Positions 28,158-38,997 of a stretch of DNA of 64,000 bases are shown in pieces. This stretch comes from a virus. The position numbers and the translations under genes were made by a program. The stretch's first letter is position 1. The number at the start of each line of letters is the position of its first letter. The DNA is taken from the IMG/VR virus record IMGVR_UViG_3300036860_000514, positions 1 to 64,000 of that record, one strand, 5' to 3'. The notes below the pieces were generated by a model, which saw nothing but the letters and a program-made list of their open reading frames with translations, did no database searches and had not been told where the DNA came from.

Positions 28158-28754
28158 TCAAGGTTGGGTGGCAGCCGTGAGGAATCCCCGGAGTTTCTGC
28201 TCGATCTGCTTCGGTTGGGCGAGACTCATCGTCTGGTACTGCCCGCCACAGGCGGCCGCCAGCTCGCGTAGGAAGGCCTCTCCGCGCGTCCCGGGCGGGC
28301 CGACGTAACATACGTCAATCACCCCGCCGAAGCGTCTGGCGGCCTCCAGGGCGTGCTGCTCGCTATCTGGGGCGCCGTCGCTGACCAGGATGATGCGTCG
28401 AGCGCCTTTGTCTCGGCAGTAGTCGATCGCGGGGCCGAGCGGCGTGCTGCCGTTGGCCTCTGGGAGCCAGTCGACGAGGCGCGCATAGTCGATCGTGCCG
28501 CCGTCAGCGTTGGCGATTGGGAAGGCGACCTGCGGGCAGGCGAGCTCTTCCCGGAGCTTCGTGGTGATCGTGCGCAGGGCATCAATCTTGCGCCCAGACG
28601 ACCGGTCCTGTGGGTTGACGACCTGATCCATCGATCCGCTACAGTCGAGCAGCAGAAAGGTTTCTCGCTCGGCCTGCTTCTCTTTCAGGATGTCGCCGAG
28701 CGATCGGCTTTGCAGGGTACTTTCGAGCTTCTGTCGGACGAGATCGGTACTCAC
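28158..28754 (-). CDS. von Willebrand factor A domain protein
   Basis: MIDAS motif DCSGS, GSTPL, LVSDGAP. Confidence 0.88.
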   Translation of the reverse strand: MSTDLVRQKLESTLQSRSLGDILKEKQAERETFLLLDCSGSMDQVVNPQDRSSGRKIDALRTITTKLREELACPQVAFPIANADGGTIDYARLVDWLPEANGSTPLGPAIDYCRDKGARRIILVSDGAPDSEQHALEAARRFGGVIDVCYVGPPGTRGEAFLRELAAACGGQYQTMSLAQPKQIEQKLRGFLTAATQP

Positions 28755-28807
28755 GCCTGCGCCTCCTCTCGAGGTACGTACTAGAGATCTCAGAGCGAGC
28801 TAGGGTT

Positions 28808-29080
28808 TCAGAACGACCATTTGGCGGCTACGCCGGCTGAAAGAGGTTCGCCCCAGTTCTTGCCGATCCAGAGCGTGACGAGGAGATCATCCCGCACACG
28901 GGTGACCAGCGCCGCATTGGCACCGGTAGTGGTAACGACGGTGACAAGCGCGAGCTTCTCATCCGGCTCAAGGGTTTTGGCCGCGTTCATCACCATCTGC
29001 GTGGCCTGCGCCAGAATCGACGCGGGCGGTGCCTCATAACGCACGCCGGGGAGACTCGGTGGCGGCGGTTTGTCTACCAT
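28808..29080 (-). CDS. hypothetical protein
   Basis: In-operon ORF overlapping the lectin gene stop. Confidence 0.5.
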   Translation of the reverse strand: MVDKPPPPSLPGVRYEAPPASILAQATQMVMNAAKTLEPDEKLALVTVVTTTGANAALVTRVRDDLLVTLWIGKNWGEPLSAGVAAKWSF

Positions 29081-30756
29081 GCCGGCAGCCGGACCAGGAA
29101 GATGTCCATCCGATCACTCGCGAGGTTGCCGCTGAAGCACGCGTACTCGCCGTAGGGATCGAGATTCGCTTTGGGATGTTTTCGGTACCGGTTGTTCATG
29201 GGATCGTTCCCAAGATTCCCGCCGGGCGCCGAGAGGCTCGTTAGATTCGGAGCCACCGACAGGTACTCCTGGCTGCCGTTCAGCCGCACGAGCACGAGCT
29301 CGTTCGCCCGCGGCCGATCATCTTGCGAGGCGGAGCTCATGAGCACGAGCTGCTCGTCCGGGGGTCCCGGCCGCGCGTTGGTGTGACTGACATGCCGCGT
29401 CATCGCCGGCTCCCAGCCGTGCATGTGGTACTGCAGTCCGCCGTCAATCGGCTGATGGCGGTCAAGGCGGATCAAGCGAAAGGCCCCGGCTGGGACGCCT
29501 TCCGTGTTCGCATCCTCCCCGATGACGTAGCCGTAGCCCACGTCGGAGTGGCCGAGTGCGGCCTGTCCGTACGGGAACATCCAGGCCCGCTCGCTGGCGA
29601 GCTCGATGTACCGATTCGCCCCGCTCCAGCCCTTCACCATCAGGTACTGGCCGTCGGCCGTGATCTGACATTCATCATAGTCGTCTGGATTGATCGGGAC
29701 GGACCAGGTCTGGCCCCCCTCGCGCCACGCAATCGCCTCCCGCACGCGATAGGTCTCCCGATCGCGTACCGTCGCCGAATGCGTCTGGTCGTCGTGGCTC
29801 GAATGACACTGATCGAAATAGCAGCCGTCGGGCGCCGTGCCGGCGATCTCCGTCTCTCCGGTGCGCACGTTCAGCCGCAACAGGTGGGTGTCCCGCACGA
29901 CGTACAGCATGAGTGGGCGCTGGGCGCTCCAGTACCATTTCTCGGCGAGATCCCAACTCAGGGGATTGTCGCTGTCGAAGAGCGGCCAAGCGTGCTCGAC
30001 GGCGCCGGTCTGTTTGCTGACTTCGAAGATCGTCGGGCCCTCGCCTCCCGATCGCCGATCGATCCCGACGAGCACGAGGAGCGTCGTCTGGCCGGCATGT
30101 GCGTTGATCGTGCGCCAGTAGCTGTAGCCGGTCGGCTGGACCCCGTCTTGCCCCTGGCTATCCTCGCTATTCGTGACCCGGATCCCCTCGGTGTTCCAAG
30201 GTGGAGGAAACTGGAATCGTCCGCGCCAGCTCACGAACCGGCGCATCTCGACATTCTGCAGGCGTGGGCGCACAAGACTGTCTGCGCTCTGCCCGCGAAT
30301 GCCGCCTGTCCCGCTCGGCCTCGGTCCGACTGGTTGGGGCTGCGGTGTTGGCGGTGACGGCTGAGGCTCCGGCTGGGGGCGCTGCTCGGCCTCGGCCGTC
30401 TCGGTGTTCCACCGTGGGATCTGCTCCGAGTCATAGAGCACCAGGTTCCCGTCATTCTGGAGCACGAGCCGGGCGCCGGGCGCATCAGGCGTCCCGGAAC
30501 TCCACACGGGCTCGCCCCGGGCATCGTAGATCACGAAATTGCCATCCCCTTGCATGACGGCCATCCCGATGCTGGTCCCTGCGGTGTTGCTCGCCCAGAG
30601 CGGACGCCAGGGATTCTCCGCGATCCGGTACAGCACCAGGTTCCCGTCCCCTTGGTACACCAGCAGGTACCGCCCGTTCTCCGACACGAGCGGCTCGGTC
30701 AGGTACTGATCGCTCGTCAGCGTGTCGCGCATGCCCAGAAATGATAGCGCGGTCAT
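29074..30756 (-). CDS. Bulb-type (mannose-binding) lectin domain, Pro/Gln linker and probable beta-propeller
   Basis: Three QxDxNxVxY motifs (QGDGNLVLY, QGDGNFVIY, QNDGNLVLY); beta-rich C-terminal region ending DIFLVRLP. Confidence 0.8.
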   Translation of the reverse strand: MTALSFLGMRDTLTSDQYLTEPLVSENGRYLLVYQGDGNLVLYRIAENPWRPLWASNTAGTSIGMAVMQGDGNFVIYDARGEPVWSSGTPDAPGARLVLQNDGNLVLYDSEQIPRWNTETAEAEQRPQPEPQPSPPTPQPQPVGPRPSGTGGIRGQSADSLVRPRLQNVEMRRFVSWRGRFQFPPPWNTEGIRVTNSEDSQGQDGVQPTGYSYWRTINAHAGQTTLLVLVGIDRRSGGEGPTIFEVSKQTGAVEHAWPLFDSDNPLSWDLAEKWYWSAQRPLMLYVVRDTHLLRLNVRTGETEIAGTAPDGCYFDQCHSSHDDQTHSATVRDRETYRVREAIAWREGGQTWSVPINPDDYDECQITADGQYLMVKGWSGANRYIELASERAWMFPYGQAALGHSDVGYGYVIGEDANTEGVPAGAFRLIRLDRHQPIDGGLQYHMHGWEPAMTRHVSHTNARPGPPDEQLVLMSSASQDDRPRANELVLVRLNGSQEYLSVAPNLTSLSAPGGNLGNDPMNNRYRKHPKANLDPYGEYACFSGNLASDRMDIFLVRLPAW

Positions 30757-30762
30757 GTCAGC

Positions 30763-31176
30763 TCAGAAGATCAGTTTGATCACTTCCTGCATCGCGAGAC
30801 GCGCGGCGGCTCGGCTCTCGGTATCGAGCGTGGTGGTGCGGAGCACGATCGCTTTGGCCTTCTGATAGCGGTCCCAAGCCTTCTCCAACTCGGGCCCGAT
30901 GACTTGGCCTGAGCGGCAGAAGATCACCTGCTCGCCGGCTAGGAACCAGGCGAGCAACGCCTCGTGCGCCTTATCCTTCGTCGCGGCGGGGGTGTACGCC
31001 TGCGCGCGAGGACGTTTCTCCCGGGGCCTCGCCGGGGCTTCGTCCGCGACGCCGTCCGGGGCGCACTCGGGGTGGTACGCCTTGCGGGTATCGGGATCCC
31101 ACGCGATCGCCTCCCCGATGCTGTAGGTGCCCCAGCAGGCCTTGCACTTGCCGTCGTAACGAGACTGCAGAATCAC
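30763..31176 (-). CDS. hypothetical zinc-binding protein
   Basis: Y.GKC..C...GE.I.W...H..C. Confidence 0.55.
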   Translation of the reverse strand: MILQSRYDGKCKACWGTYSIGEAIAWDPDTRKAYHPECAPDGVADEAPARPREKRPRAQAYTPAATKDKAHEALLAWFLAGEQVIFCRSGQVIGPELEKAWDRYQKAKAIVLRTTTLDTESRAAARLAMQEVIKLIF

Positions 31177-31257
31177 GATTCCCGCTCCCCCTTGTCCCGC
31201 ACGAGGGGCGTACGCCGGGTACGCCCCGTCATGAGGGACCGATACAACGGTACCGAG

Positions 31258-31917
31258 TTAAATGTTTTCTGCCGGCAGATCCGCGACGCAGCGGGCTGCG
31301 AGGTTATGCCAGCCCAAGTGATCCTCGTATGCAGGGGGCACGCGGTTCGACAGCCAGTTCGAGACGTCCTGAATCGCTTTGACGATCGCCTCGCTCGTAG
31401 GCAGAGTACCGTCCCGGAGCGGAGTCAGGAGTTGCCCGTCTCGCAATTGCAGATCCGGCTCTTTCGGCCAGCTCGACTCGTAATCGAACCCGCCGTAGAC
31501 CAGAATCCGGCCGTCCGCGTGCTGGCGTACTTTCAGCCACCGTCGCGTTCGGCGGTTGGCTTGCACCTCGATCTCGCCGTCGTGCCAGGAATCCTCGGCC
31601 CAGGCGATACTCGGCCAGTCATCCTCGTAAATCGTGACGGGCGGTCGGTCGGTGAGGGTAATCGTCCGGCGCTTTGCTGGCTTGGCGTCGGCCGCTGGCT
31701 TGGCTTCGGCCCAGAGCGTCTGATTGACGTAGACGGTGACGCCTTGATCCAGCGCCGCCTGCACGGCGGCCTCGCGGCTGCTGGCTTGGACCTCGGCGAC
31801 GATGACGGTTTCAGGGCCGCCCTCGCGCATCGGGTTATTCGCGGTGTTGTAGCCGCGCCGATGGACGATGTAGGTATGGGTCTGGGTGGTTGGCGTGCTG
31901 CTGTCGTTGCTGCTCAT
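31258..31917 (-). CDS. hypothetical early protein
   Basis: AAGGAG RBS; RTITLTDRPPV.I.EDDWP pattern. Confidence 0.6.
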   Translation of the reverse strand: MSSNDSSTPTTQTHTYIVHRRGYNTANNPMREGGPETVIVAEVQASSREAAVQAALDQGVTVYVNQTLWAEAKPAADAKPAKRRTITLTDRPPVTIYEDDWPSIAWAEDSWHDGEIEVQANRRTRRWLKVRQHADGRILVYGGFDYESSWPKEPDLQLRDGQLLTPLRDGTLPTSEAIVKAIQDVSNWLSNRVPPAYEDHLGWHNLAARCVADLPAENI

Positions 31918-32429
31918 AGCTGCTCCTTGGTGCCGGATGATGATGGCCCGTCCGGCTGCGGGCTCCCCGTCTGGGGCATGTCGGTAATCGGCTCGAGAAT
32001 ATTGGTCGGTTCCCCCTTGCCTTTGACTCGCTTTGCCCAGATCCCCCGCGCGTACTGGCGGATCTCGGCGAGTTGATGCGGCGTCGGCACCTGATCCGGC
32101 GGGCGCGAGTCGGGCTGTCCCGGTCGTTCCGGCGTCGGTCCGGATCGCAACGGCCAGGCGACGATGCCGAGTAAGAACTTCCGGCCGCATCCTCGCACCG
32201 TCGCGTGCGTCTCGTCGCCTGCGCGGTCCGCGCACGTGACCACAGAGGTCAGCCGGTCGTACCGCTTGTTGTCCGGCTTCCCTCGACCGACCTGGATCAG
32301 CCGGCCACAGTACGGACACTCGCAATCGAAGGCGGCGAGCCGGGCGAAGAACCGGACCGACTCTTCGATGATCGGATTTTCAGGCACGATTCGTCCCATC
32401 GATCCGAGCGAGTAGCACACGAGCCTCAT
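31914..32429 (-). CDS. Cys-rich hypothetical protein
   Basis: CECPYC, CGRKF; start uncertain. Confidence 0.5.
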   Translation of the reverse strand: MRLVCYSLGSMGRIVPENPIIEESVRFFARLAAFDCECPYCGRLIQVGRGKPDNKRYDRLTSVVTCADRAGDETHATVRGCGRKFLLGIVAWPLRSGPTPERPGQPDSRPPDQVPTPHQLAEIRQYARGIWAKRVKGKGEPTNILEPITDMPQTGSPQPDGPSSSGTKEQL

Positions 32430-32826
32430 CAGTGATCTGCGCCACGTGATCACGATTGACGGAATAGCCGCATCGGGCGACATCCGCGATGAATGCCCGC
32501 ATCGCAGCCACCTGTGCGGGCAACTCGACCTCGACCTCGTTGACATGCCAGTCGTCCGCCCGCGTACTACAGTAGTTATCCAGGTGTTCCCGTAATGTGT
32601 CGTTGTCGGAGTCCTCTAACCGCCCGCGACCTGCAATGGTCTCCAATTGCCCGTTGGGTAACACGACGGTCTCGCCCTCGTCTTCGTCGAAGTCCAGCCC
32701 TAGCGCCGAGACCACGGCCTCTAATGCCTCTCGCTCCGTCGCGTGCAAGCTGATCTCGCTCCCGTACGCGCTGCCAGCATAGGCCGCCCACAGCGTCACT
32801 CGTTCAGGTTGCTCTATCTTCGCCAT
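32380..32826 (-). CDS. acidic hypothetical early protein
   Basis: GAGGAG RBS before MAKIEQ. Confidence 0.55.
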   Translation of the reverse strand: MAKIEQPERVTLWAAYAGSAYGSEISLHATEREALEAVVSALGLDFDEDEGETVVLPNGQLETIAGRGRLEDSDNDTLREHLDNYCSTRADDWHVNEVEVELPAQVAAMRAFIADVARCGYSVNRDHVAQITDEARVLLARIDGTNRA

Positions 32827-32839
32827 GTCCACTCTCCTC

Positions 32840-35800
32840 TCAGTCGGCCCACCGATCAAAATCAGCCGGAACTTCCACCTCCCGGATCTTCGTCTTAGAC
32901 TCGTCGCGCATCTTGTCGGCTGCCGCCCGCGCGGCTGCCTCGGTTCGGTAGTACCAGAACGAGGCCGCCGGCATGGTGCGAGAGAGCCACGCAAGCGACC
33001 ACGCGGTGATCGTCCGTCCCGGCGTCATACGCCAATCCTCCTATCTCGCCGTCTGGCGGCCTGCCGCGCGAGGATCGCCCGCCCGTGTTCGAGACAACAA
33101 TCCTTCTTACTCCCCGGCAGATACGCGTAGACCGCCGGCTTGTCACAGCCTTTGAACGCACACGTCGATCGATGGCCCATGAACGACCAGCCGGGCAATC
33201 GACCGTAGTAGCAGACCGAGCAGCAGCCCCGCGCGCCTCCGCGACTGTGGCACTGGACCGCTCCGCACGCCTCACAGGCGATCTGCTGACAGCGCCCCGG
33301 CGTCGCTCGCCAGGTGTGACAATCGGTGCACCAATAGCTCATGATCGGACCTCCATGTACCGATGCCCTCGCTTGACCGCTACTACGTGATCACGAATGC
33401 TCAGCGTCCACGGGCTACCGAGACTCCGCGTCGTACGCATCAGCAGAAAGACGGGACGCCAGCCGGTCGTAATGCCGATCGTCCCGGTTAATTCCTCAGG
33501 CTCAGAGGCATAGCCGAATCGCACTCTAACCCGTTCCCCCGTATTGAAATAGCGTACAAACTCAGGGGTTGGCGGAGGTACGAACCGCGCGCCGTACTGC
33601 TGTCGTTTGCGTGCGCAGTACTCCTCGTACTTCGTCATGGCTCAGCCCTCCGCCCCGTCAATGCGCGCGAGCAGGGTACGGGCTTCGCACCTGTTACAGT
33701 CCGACTCTCCCTCTGTGAGTGCCCAACGGCTGCATTCGCACGGCTGCTGAGCGATAACGGCGAGCAGAGTGCGCATGGCCGGCGCTTCCGCAATCAGGCG
33801 GGCGTTCGCCTCGTTTTCTTCGTGCCCACGCCTAAGCCCCTGACGGTCGTGTGCGACTTCGCAGATAGATTGCACCGCGATATACGGAAGGTTTCCTTTC
33901 TCCCCTGGTTGCCAATCGCGATAGATCCGGAATCCTTCTTGTCGCCACGGTCCCGGCGTGTGTTTGGGATGCATCACAGCCCCCATGGCGCCGCCTCAAA
34001 TCCAGGCAGAGCAGTAATCGCCGTCCCGATGATCTGCCGCGTGATCTTCTGCGCTTCCGACGTCGCCCAGCCGTCATGCTCGCACGCCTGGTACTCGTAG
34101 CACTGCGCCTGCTTAATCGCCGAGACTGGTTCGAGCGTCGGGTACTCACTGAGCGTACGCGTCGGTCGGACGCACGTGGGAGGATCTGACGGGTAGCGTG
34201 CTCTCAGCGATCGGACGTTCTCCCGTGCCAGCTCACGGAAGATCAGACGCCAATCGACTTCCCGAATATTGACGCCCACATAGCTCCCGTACCGATCGTG
34301 CTCGACCCAGAACCGGACGAGCGCGCCGATATGCGTCTCTGAACACATGAAGGCAGACATGACTACACCCCCAACACGCGCGCCAGCAGTCCCGCCAGCT
34401 TCACCGCTGCGTCATGTCCGCCAAAGGTTTTGAGCAGGAACAGGGAAATGCGCCCCTCCCGGTAATCCTCTTGCCATACCAGATCGATATGGACGTAATG
34501 GCCCTCGTTGCCGCCCGTCACCGGAAAGACCGCAATCCAGCGGTACCGGATGTCCTCCAGCTTCGTCTGCTCCGTCAGTGTCGGAATCGGCCGCGGATCC
34601 TGTGCGTACTTGCGGTGCTCGGCTTCGTGGATGTCGTACCGGACCATGTCCGAGAAGTACTCGATCGCCAGATCCGGATCGACCTCCAGCGGTCGAATGA
34701 TCGCGCGTAGCTCGCCGTACAACTCGGCTAATGTGAGACTCTCCCGGCGTGACGCCCTTTGAAAGTCAGATGCGCCGGTCGCCTCTAACTCCGCGAGTGT
34801 CGAGGTACGCCCTTTCTCGACGTAGGATTGGACGTCTGCCTCAGTTTCGCTCGGTCCTAACATGATGTAGCGTGCTTTGATCTCCATGTCCTTCTCTCCC
34901 TTTCTCTTGCGCGCGAGGATGCCCGTCCCGATCGCCAGTCAGGACCTATCAGTTGTTTTATGCCCGCATGCCCCCGTCCGCCTTTGCGCAGTCCATCAGC
35001 GCGACCGCCAGCAGGCGAACCGTATCCCGTCCCGCATGCAGGCGGAGTTCTGCCTCGGCGGTCGCCATCTTCTCAGCGGGAAACATGCCGAAGCGTACGA
35101 GTGTCTTCTCCTGATTCGTGAATCCTGCCCACAGTACGCCTGCGATACCTGCCGCGATTACCTCTGCCTCTCGGTTCCGTGCCATGATCGTCTCTCCTTA
35201 TCCCGATCCTGATCGCCCGTCAGGATCGATCGCGCTTCGCCCTTTCAATCGCTCGCCCTGCATCCCAGATAGACGGTTTACGCTCGACTGTCCCACGTCG
35301 CCCGACGTCCCGGATCGCTTGGTGTGCGTCCGCTCGCCCCTTGCCCCGCAGATCCTGTAGATACCGGATCTGTTTGTCCGTCGGCCGTTTGTATGCCATG
35401 AAATTAGCCTTTAATTTCCTACGCGCGAGGATGCGCCTCCTGCTGTTCGTCCCGTAGGGAACCAATCACCCGTATCTGGATCCTGGAACTCGACGAACGC
35501 GTACGCTCCGTACTCCTGTCCCTGGAGCTCGGCGAGATAGCGCAGGCAGGCGCGCTTGTCTCCCGGTTCGTGTACTTGCCCGTTGCCGAAATTGACCCGG
35601 TACCGTAGTCGATTCTCAGTCATATCCTCTCGTCCCAGATTGCAGACCAGTGTTTGACGTCGATCGGACCGAAGATATTCGGAATCTGTGTGATCCCTCG
35701 CGCGAGTAGTTCGTCTGTCACGAGGTCGCCGAACTTGCGCGCGTGATGCCCGAACAGGCGGTTGAATCCGTCTCGTTTCGACTCCAGGTAGCGATCGATC

Positions 35801-36272
35801 AATTGCTGGTCGTCATACCCTGCGAGTCGCTTACGGGTTTCCGGGTATCCCGCCTGTTCGTCTCGCAAGGTAAAGTACGGTTCCGCCAAACCGATAAACG
35901 CCCGTCCTGTGCTCATACGGGTTAGCTCCGCCCTTTGAGTTGCTCGTTTGCTTGCCTGAGTTGCTCTGCCCGTTCCTGTTGCGTGATCTCCCATTCGGCA
36001 GCCGTTCTGATCTTGCCCGCATGCTCGGCGTATATGTGGGCTGCCCGATCGCACGTCTGCCAGTCGGCCGGACCGGCAACTAAGGTACCGCTGGCGTAGA
36101 TATAGCCGTGCTCTCGTTGCTGTCCCGCTGTCGAGCGCCATGCATGCTCGTATTTCGGACTGTCAATGACAATCCAACGGCGTGCCGATACTTTCACGAT
36201 TACGATCACGTCTGTACCCTCTGCAAACAACTCAGGACCGACGATCGATCCTGAGTTGCAAGCACAATGCAC
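32840..36272 (-). CDS. Cluster of about 11 small early hypothetical genes (32840-33028, 33025-33342, 33339-33638, 33642-33974, 33974-34360, 34363-34887, 34958-35185, 35220-35400, 35411-35623, 35620-35916, 35922-36272)
   Basis: Tightly packed co-oriented ORFs with RBSs or overlaps; one has the common phage HTPGPW...ANARLIA.AP pattern. Confidence 0.55.
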
Positions 36273-36276
36273 AGCC

Positions 36277-36645
36277 TTAGAATGGACTGTCAGACTTCGT
36301 CTGACGCACCTGCCATTCCTCGTGAGCCTGTTCGATCGCCTTCGGCGTACCTTCCTGTTCGTACTCGGCGTACGCTTGCAGGATCAGATCCCGGATCCGT
36401 TCCTGCGCCGTGACATCCGCGATCGGCCGGAGCAGAGCAAACGATCGCCGCTCTCCATTGACGCTGTACTGGCGCGCCGGAAACGTCACATTGCGTCGAC
36501 CTGCCGATCGTGACTCCCAGATAGAGAATCCAATCAGCTTGAGACCATCCAACGGCGCATCGGTAAAATCGGTAAAGTGGAGCTCGACGTCCGCCAGCTT
36601 GCCCGGAGGGTTGCCCTTGTCGTTCGCGATGATCTTGATCTGCAT
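36277..36645 (-). CDS. SpoVG-like nucleic-acid-binding protein
   Basis: LAD.EL.F...L.G.KL.GF.IW...VTFPAR...IL.AY follows the SpoVG fold pattern; acidic tail ending PF. Confidence 0.6.
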   Translation of the reverse strand: MQIKIIANDKGNPPGKLADVELHFTDFTDAPLDGLKLIGFSIWESRSAGRRNVTFPARQYSVNGERRSFALLRPIADVTAQERIRDLILQAYAEYEQEGTPKAIEQAHEEWQVRQTKSDSPF

Positions 36646-36664
36646 TGGTTTACCTCTACTTGGA

Positions 36665-37066
36665 TTAAAAGACAGTGGACGGCGTACCAGCGTACGCGCC
36701 TGCTGGCGGACGATTGATCGGAGTCGGCTGCAATGGTGCTGGCCTGCCTTTCTGCGTTCCGGTTGTCGGAAAGAGCTCAGCCAACCACGTATCGTGCTCG
36801 GCCGATCGCTGTCGTCTCAGTGCTTGCACGCCGATGATCAACAGACGAGCGGTGCTGAATCGGTCCGCCAGTACGGGACTATCGGTACTCGAGCTCGCAC
36901 GAGCTCCACCCATTTCGGCGAGCTCCAATTGCCGATCGGTCAAGATCGCTGTGTCCTGCGTCACAAGCACAAACCGGAAGATCCGGGATGCGTACTCGCC
37001 TAACGTTTCGTACGGCCGTTGCTCACGAAAGCATCGGCGACGAGTCGACCATCTAATTTGTCTCAT
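36665..37066 (-). CDS. hypothetical protein
   Basis: GAGGT RBS and ATG. Confidence 0.45.
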   Translation of the reverse strand: MRQIRWSTRRRCFREQRPYETLGEYASRIFRFVLVTQDTAILTDRQLELAEMGGARASSSTDSPVLADRFSTARLLIIGVQALRRQRSAEHDTWLAELFPTTGTQKGRPAPLQPTPINRPPAGAYAGTPSTVF

Positions 37067-37099
37067 ATGTTACCTCTGTTACCAGTGCAATCGAGACGA

Positions 37100-37127
37100 C
37101 AGGCTAGACACTGATGTATCTAGCCTG
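37100..37127 (-). terminator. Intergenic hairpin after the DUF932-like gene (terminator or processing site)
   Basis: CAGGCTAGA-10 nt-TCTAGCCTG; no clear U tract. Confidence 0.4.
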
Positions 37128-37141
37128 CCTGATGGTCTGTT

Positions 37142-38263
37142 TTAGACGGTGACCAGCTTAGCGCCCCGAGCCAGTACGGCCGATGCGAGGGAATCGAGCG
37201 TATACCGATCATCCTGATACCCGCTCTGTTGGCTGATGCGTGTCGTACCGCTCACGATTCCCCAGTACGACAGCGGGTTAAACGGTTCGTACTGTTCGCA
37301 GGATGCAATCGCCGAGTCAGCCTGTTCTTTGGTGTACTTGAGACTGCGGAGCGCATCCACAACACTGTCACGCGTCGATGCAATCTGATTCGACATCAGA
37401 GACCGGATGATCTGCTCATCCTGCGATGCGGACCGTCCGTTGAATCGGTTCGCAACCTGGATTAGCTCACGCAAAGTGTCGCGCGTGATCTTGTCGCCAA
37501 CGTGCCGACGTCGAAACGACCGATCGATCACGGCACCCCATAGGATGTGGTTGCCGCAGATGCGATCGAATAGGACGCATTCCAACGAGATGGCCGCATG
37601 GCCTACCTCGGAATTTCTCACCATGATCCCCCGGTGAATGCCCCCGCCATTGGTGCCGCGTCCATCGTTCACCATGGATCCCCCGTCAATCCTGATGACG
37701 AAGGAATCACGATCGCCTCTGTACTGACCCGCAGGTTCACCGGTCCAGGTTGCTGGCGACTGCCACGTACCGCCGGCTGACCGCATGCCGTCACCGAAGT
37801 ATCGATTGACTTCGCTGTACAAGGTCGCATCCCAGACGCGGCCGTACGTCTCAGACGTGGCGGACCGAATAACGGGTAACCCGCCATTCGCCTTGACGAG
37901 TAATTTCAGGTCCGTACCGCTCAGCGTACGTCCGTTCTGTATGCCTTCGTTGACGCAGCGTGCGCCGAGTTCGGGTGACAAGGTGCGCAGGTAGGATGCT
38001 GGCGCGCCGATGACACGGGACAATTGCCCGAAGGCGTAGTGTGTAAAGGTTGCGACCTTGCCCGTAGGCGATTGCAGGCCGACGGTTGCCGGTTGCCCGT
38101 TTGCCGGCACTTCGACCGCTCGCAGATCTCGTAGGCTATAGGTCGCCTCCCGACTGATCTCTTTCTCAGCTTGCGCGGCACTGATCAAATCCTGTAGCGA
38201 CGCGTACCGCTCGTCTGCTGGACGGTTCGCGTATTCGGTTGCCGCTGTCGTGATGTTTGCCAT
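37142..38263 (-). CDS. DUF932-family protein (first early gene)
   Basis: RPADERY.SL, T..AFGQL, GAPASYLR, YGRVWD, NSEVG, CGN.ILWG, RRH. Confidence 0.75.
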   Translation of the reverse strand: MANITTAATEYANRPADERYASLQDLISAAQAEKEISREATYSLRDLRAVEVPANGQPATVGLQSPTGKVATFTHYAFGQLSRVIGAPASYLRTLSPELGARCVNEGIQNGRTLSGTDLKLLVKANGGLPVIRSATSETYGRVWDATLYSEVNRYFGDGMRSAGGTWQSPATWTGEPAGQYRGDRDSFVIRIDGGSMVNDGRGTNGGGIHRGIMVRNSEVGHAAISLECVLFDRICGNHILWGAVIDRSFRRRHVGDKITRDTLRELIQVANRFNGRSASQDEQIIRSLMSNQIASTRDSVVDALRSLKYTKEQADSAIASCEQYEPFNPLSYWGIVSGTTRISQQSGYQDDRYTLDSLASAVLARGAKLVTV

Positions 38264-38462
38264 GATCTTCTCTCCGTTGTACTGACCGGTTCCCAGTGTT
38301 ACCGCGTGATTACGGTCCTGTCGGAGTACCGGTGAACCCTTTCGCTGTCTGATCCCTATTTGTGCGTCCTAGTGACCTCCGATCGCTAAGTGCAAGGTTC
38401 GCCTTGCCTTGCACCGGTTGACCGCTCTGTCACGTCCAGGTGATATGACAGCGCGAGCAAAA

Positions 38463-38491
38463 ATCGTCTCGTACTTGAATCGGCAAGTCAA
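38463..38491 (-). promoter_or_regulatory. sigma70-type early promoter
   Basis: Minus strand reads TTGACT-17 nt-GACGAT, with an AT-rich upstream tract. Confidence 0.6.
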
Positions 38492-38997
38492 GAAAAATCT
38501 TGATCTCGTGAGATAAAAAGAATGTAGTGAATAGCGACGCTCGATCCTGGCTTCAGGCGGTACAGCCTGCGAGCGTTCACGTACTCGGCACAAAATAGCT
38601 CGTACTTCGCCGCTCGTAACTTATTTACAGGCCTCGATTTAGCGTCGCATAATAGCGGATTATGTTAACTAGACCTCAGCACAGAGCTTGCAAGGCGCGA
38701 TTGGTGCGATAATTGCATGCGTATCTAGCTCGACCATTGTCCGAAGGGTGCCGGCGGGGGGTGGCGGGCGTACATGCGCCCAGGTTCAGCAATTTAAATT
38801 TTTTCTGGAAGCGTCTTTGCTTGTGCAGTCATGTCACGTGACCGAGTCGAGCGCCCAGGAAGGCCTCAGTCGCACCAGCGTGGTGAGGTCGCACGGGACG
38901 ACGGGGGTTGGCAAGCGTCCCGACTCGGTCGCCACCAACCCTCAGCGCTGCGGCGCTAGCGTTCGTTCCTGTCGCGACGCGTCCGATCCGGTGTGAG

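Noticed and set aside
31205-31227. Intrinsic terminator GGGGCGTAC/GTACGCCCC
   Set aside because: The hairpin is real but has no U-tract on either strand, so a function cannot be assigned.
32380-33974. Shared C-terminal EAR.LLARIDG motif in two early proteins
   Set aside because: Resembles the common amphipathic C-terminal helix of small phage early proteins; too little evidence for a distinct system.
34920-34957. Hammerhead ribozyme (CTGATAG plus hairpin on the minus strand)
   Set aside because: The CUGAUGA and GAAA core is not intact.
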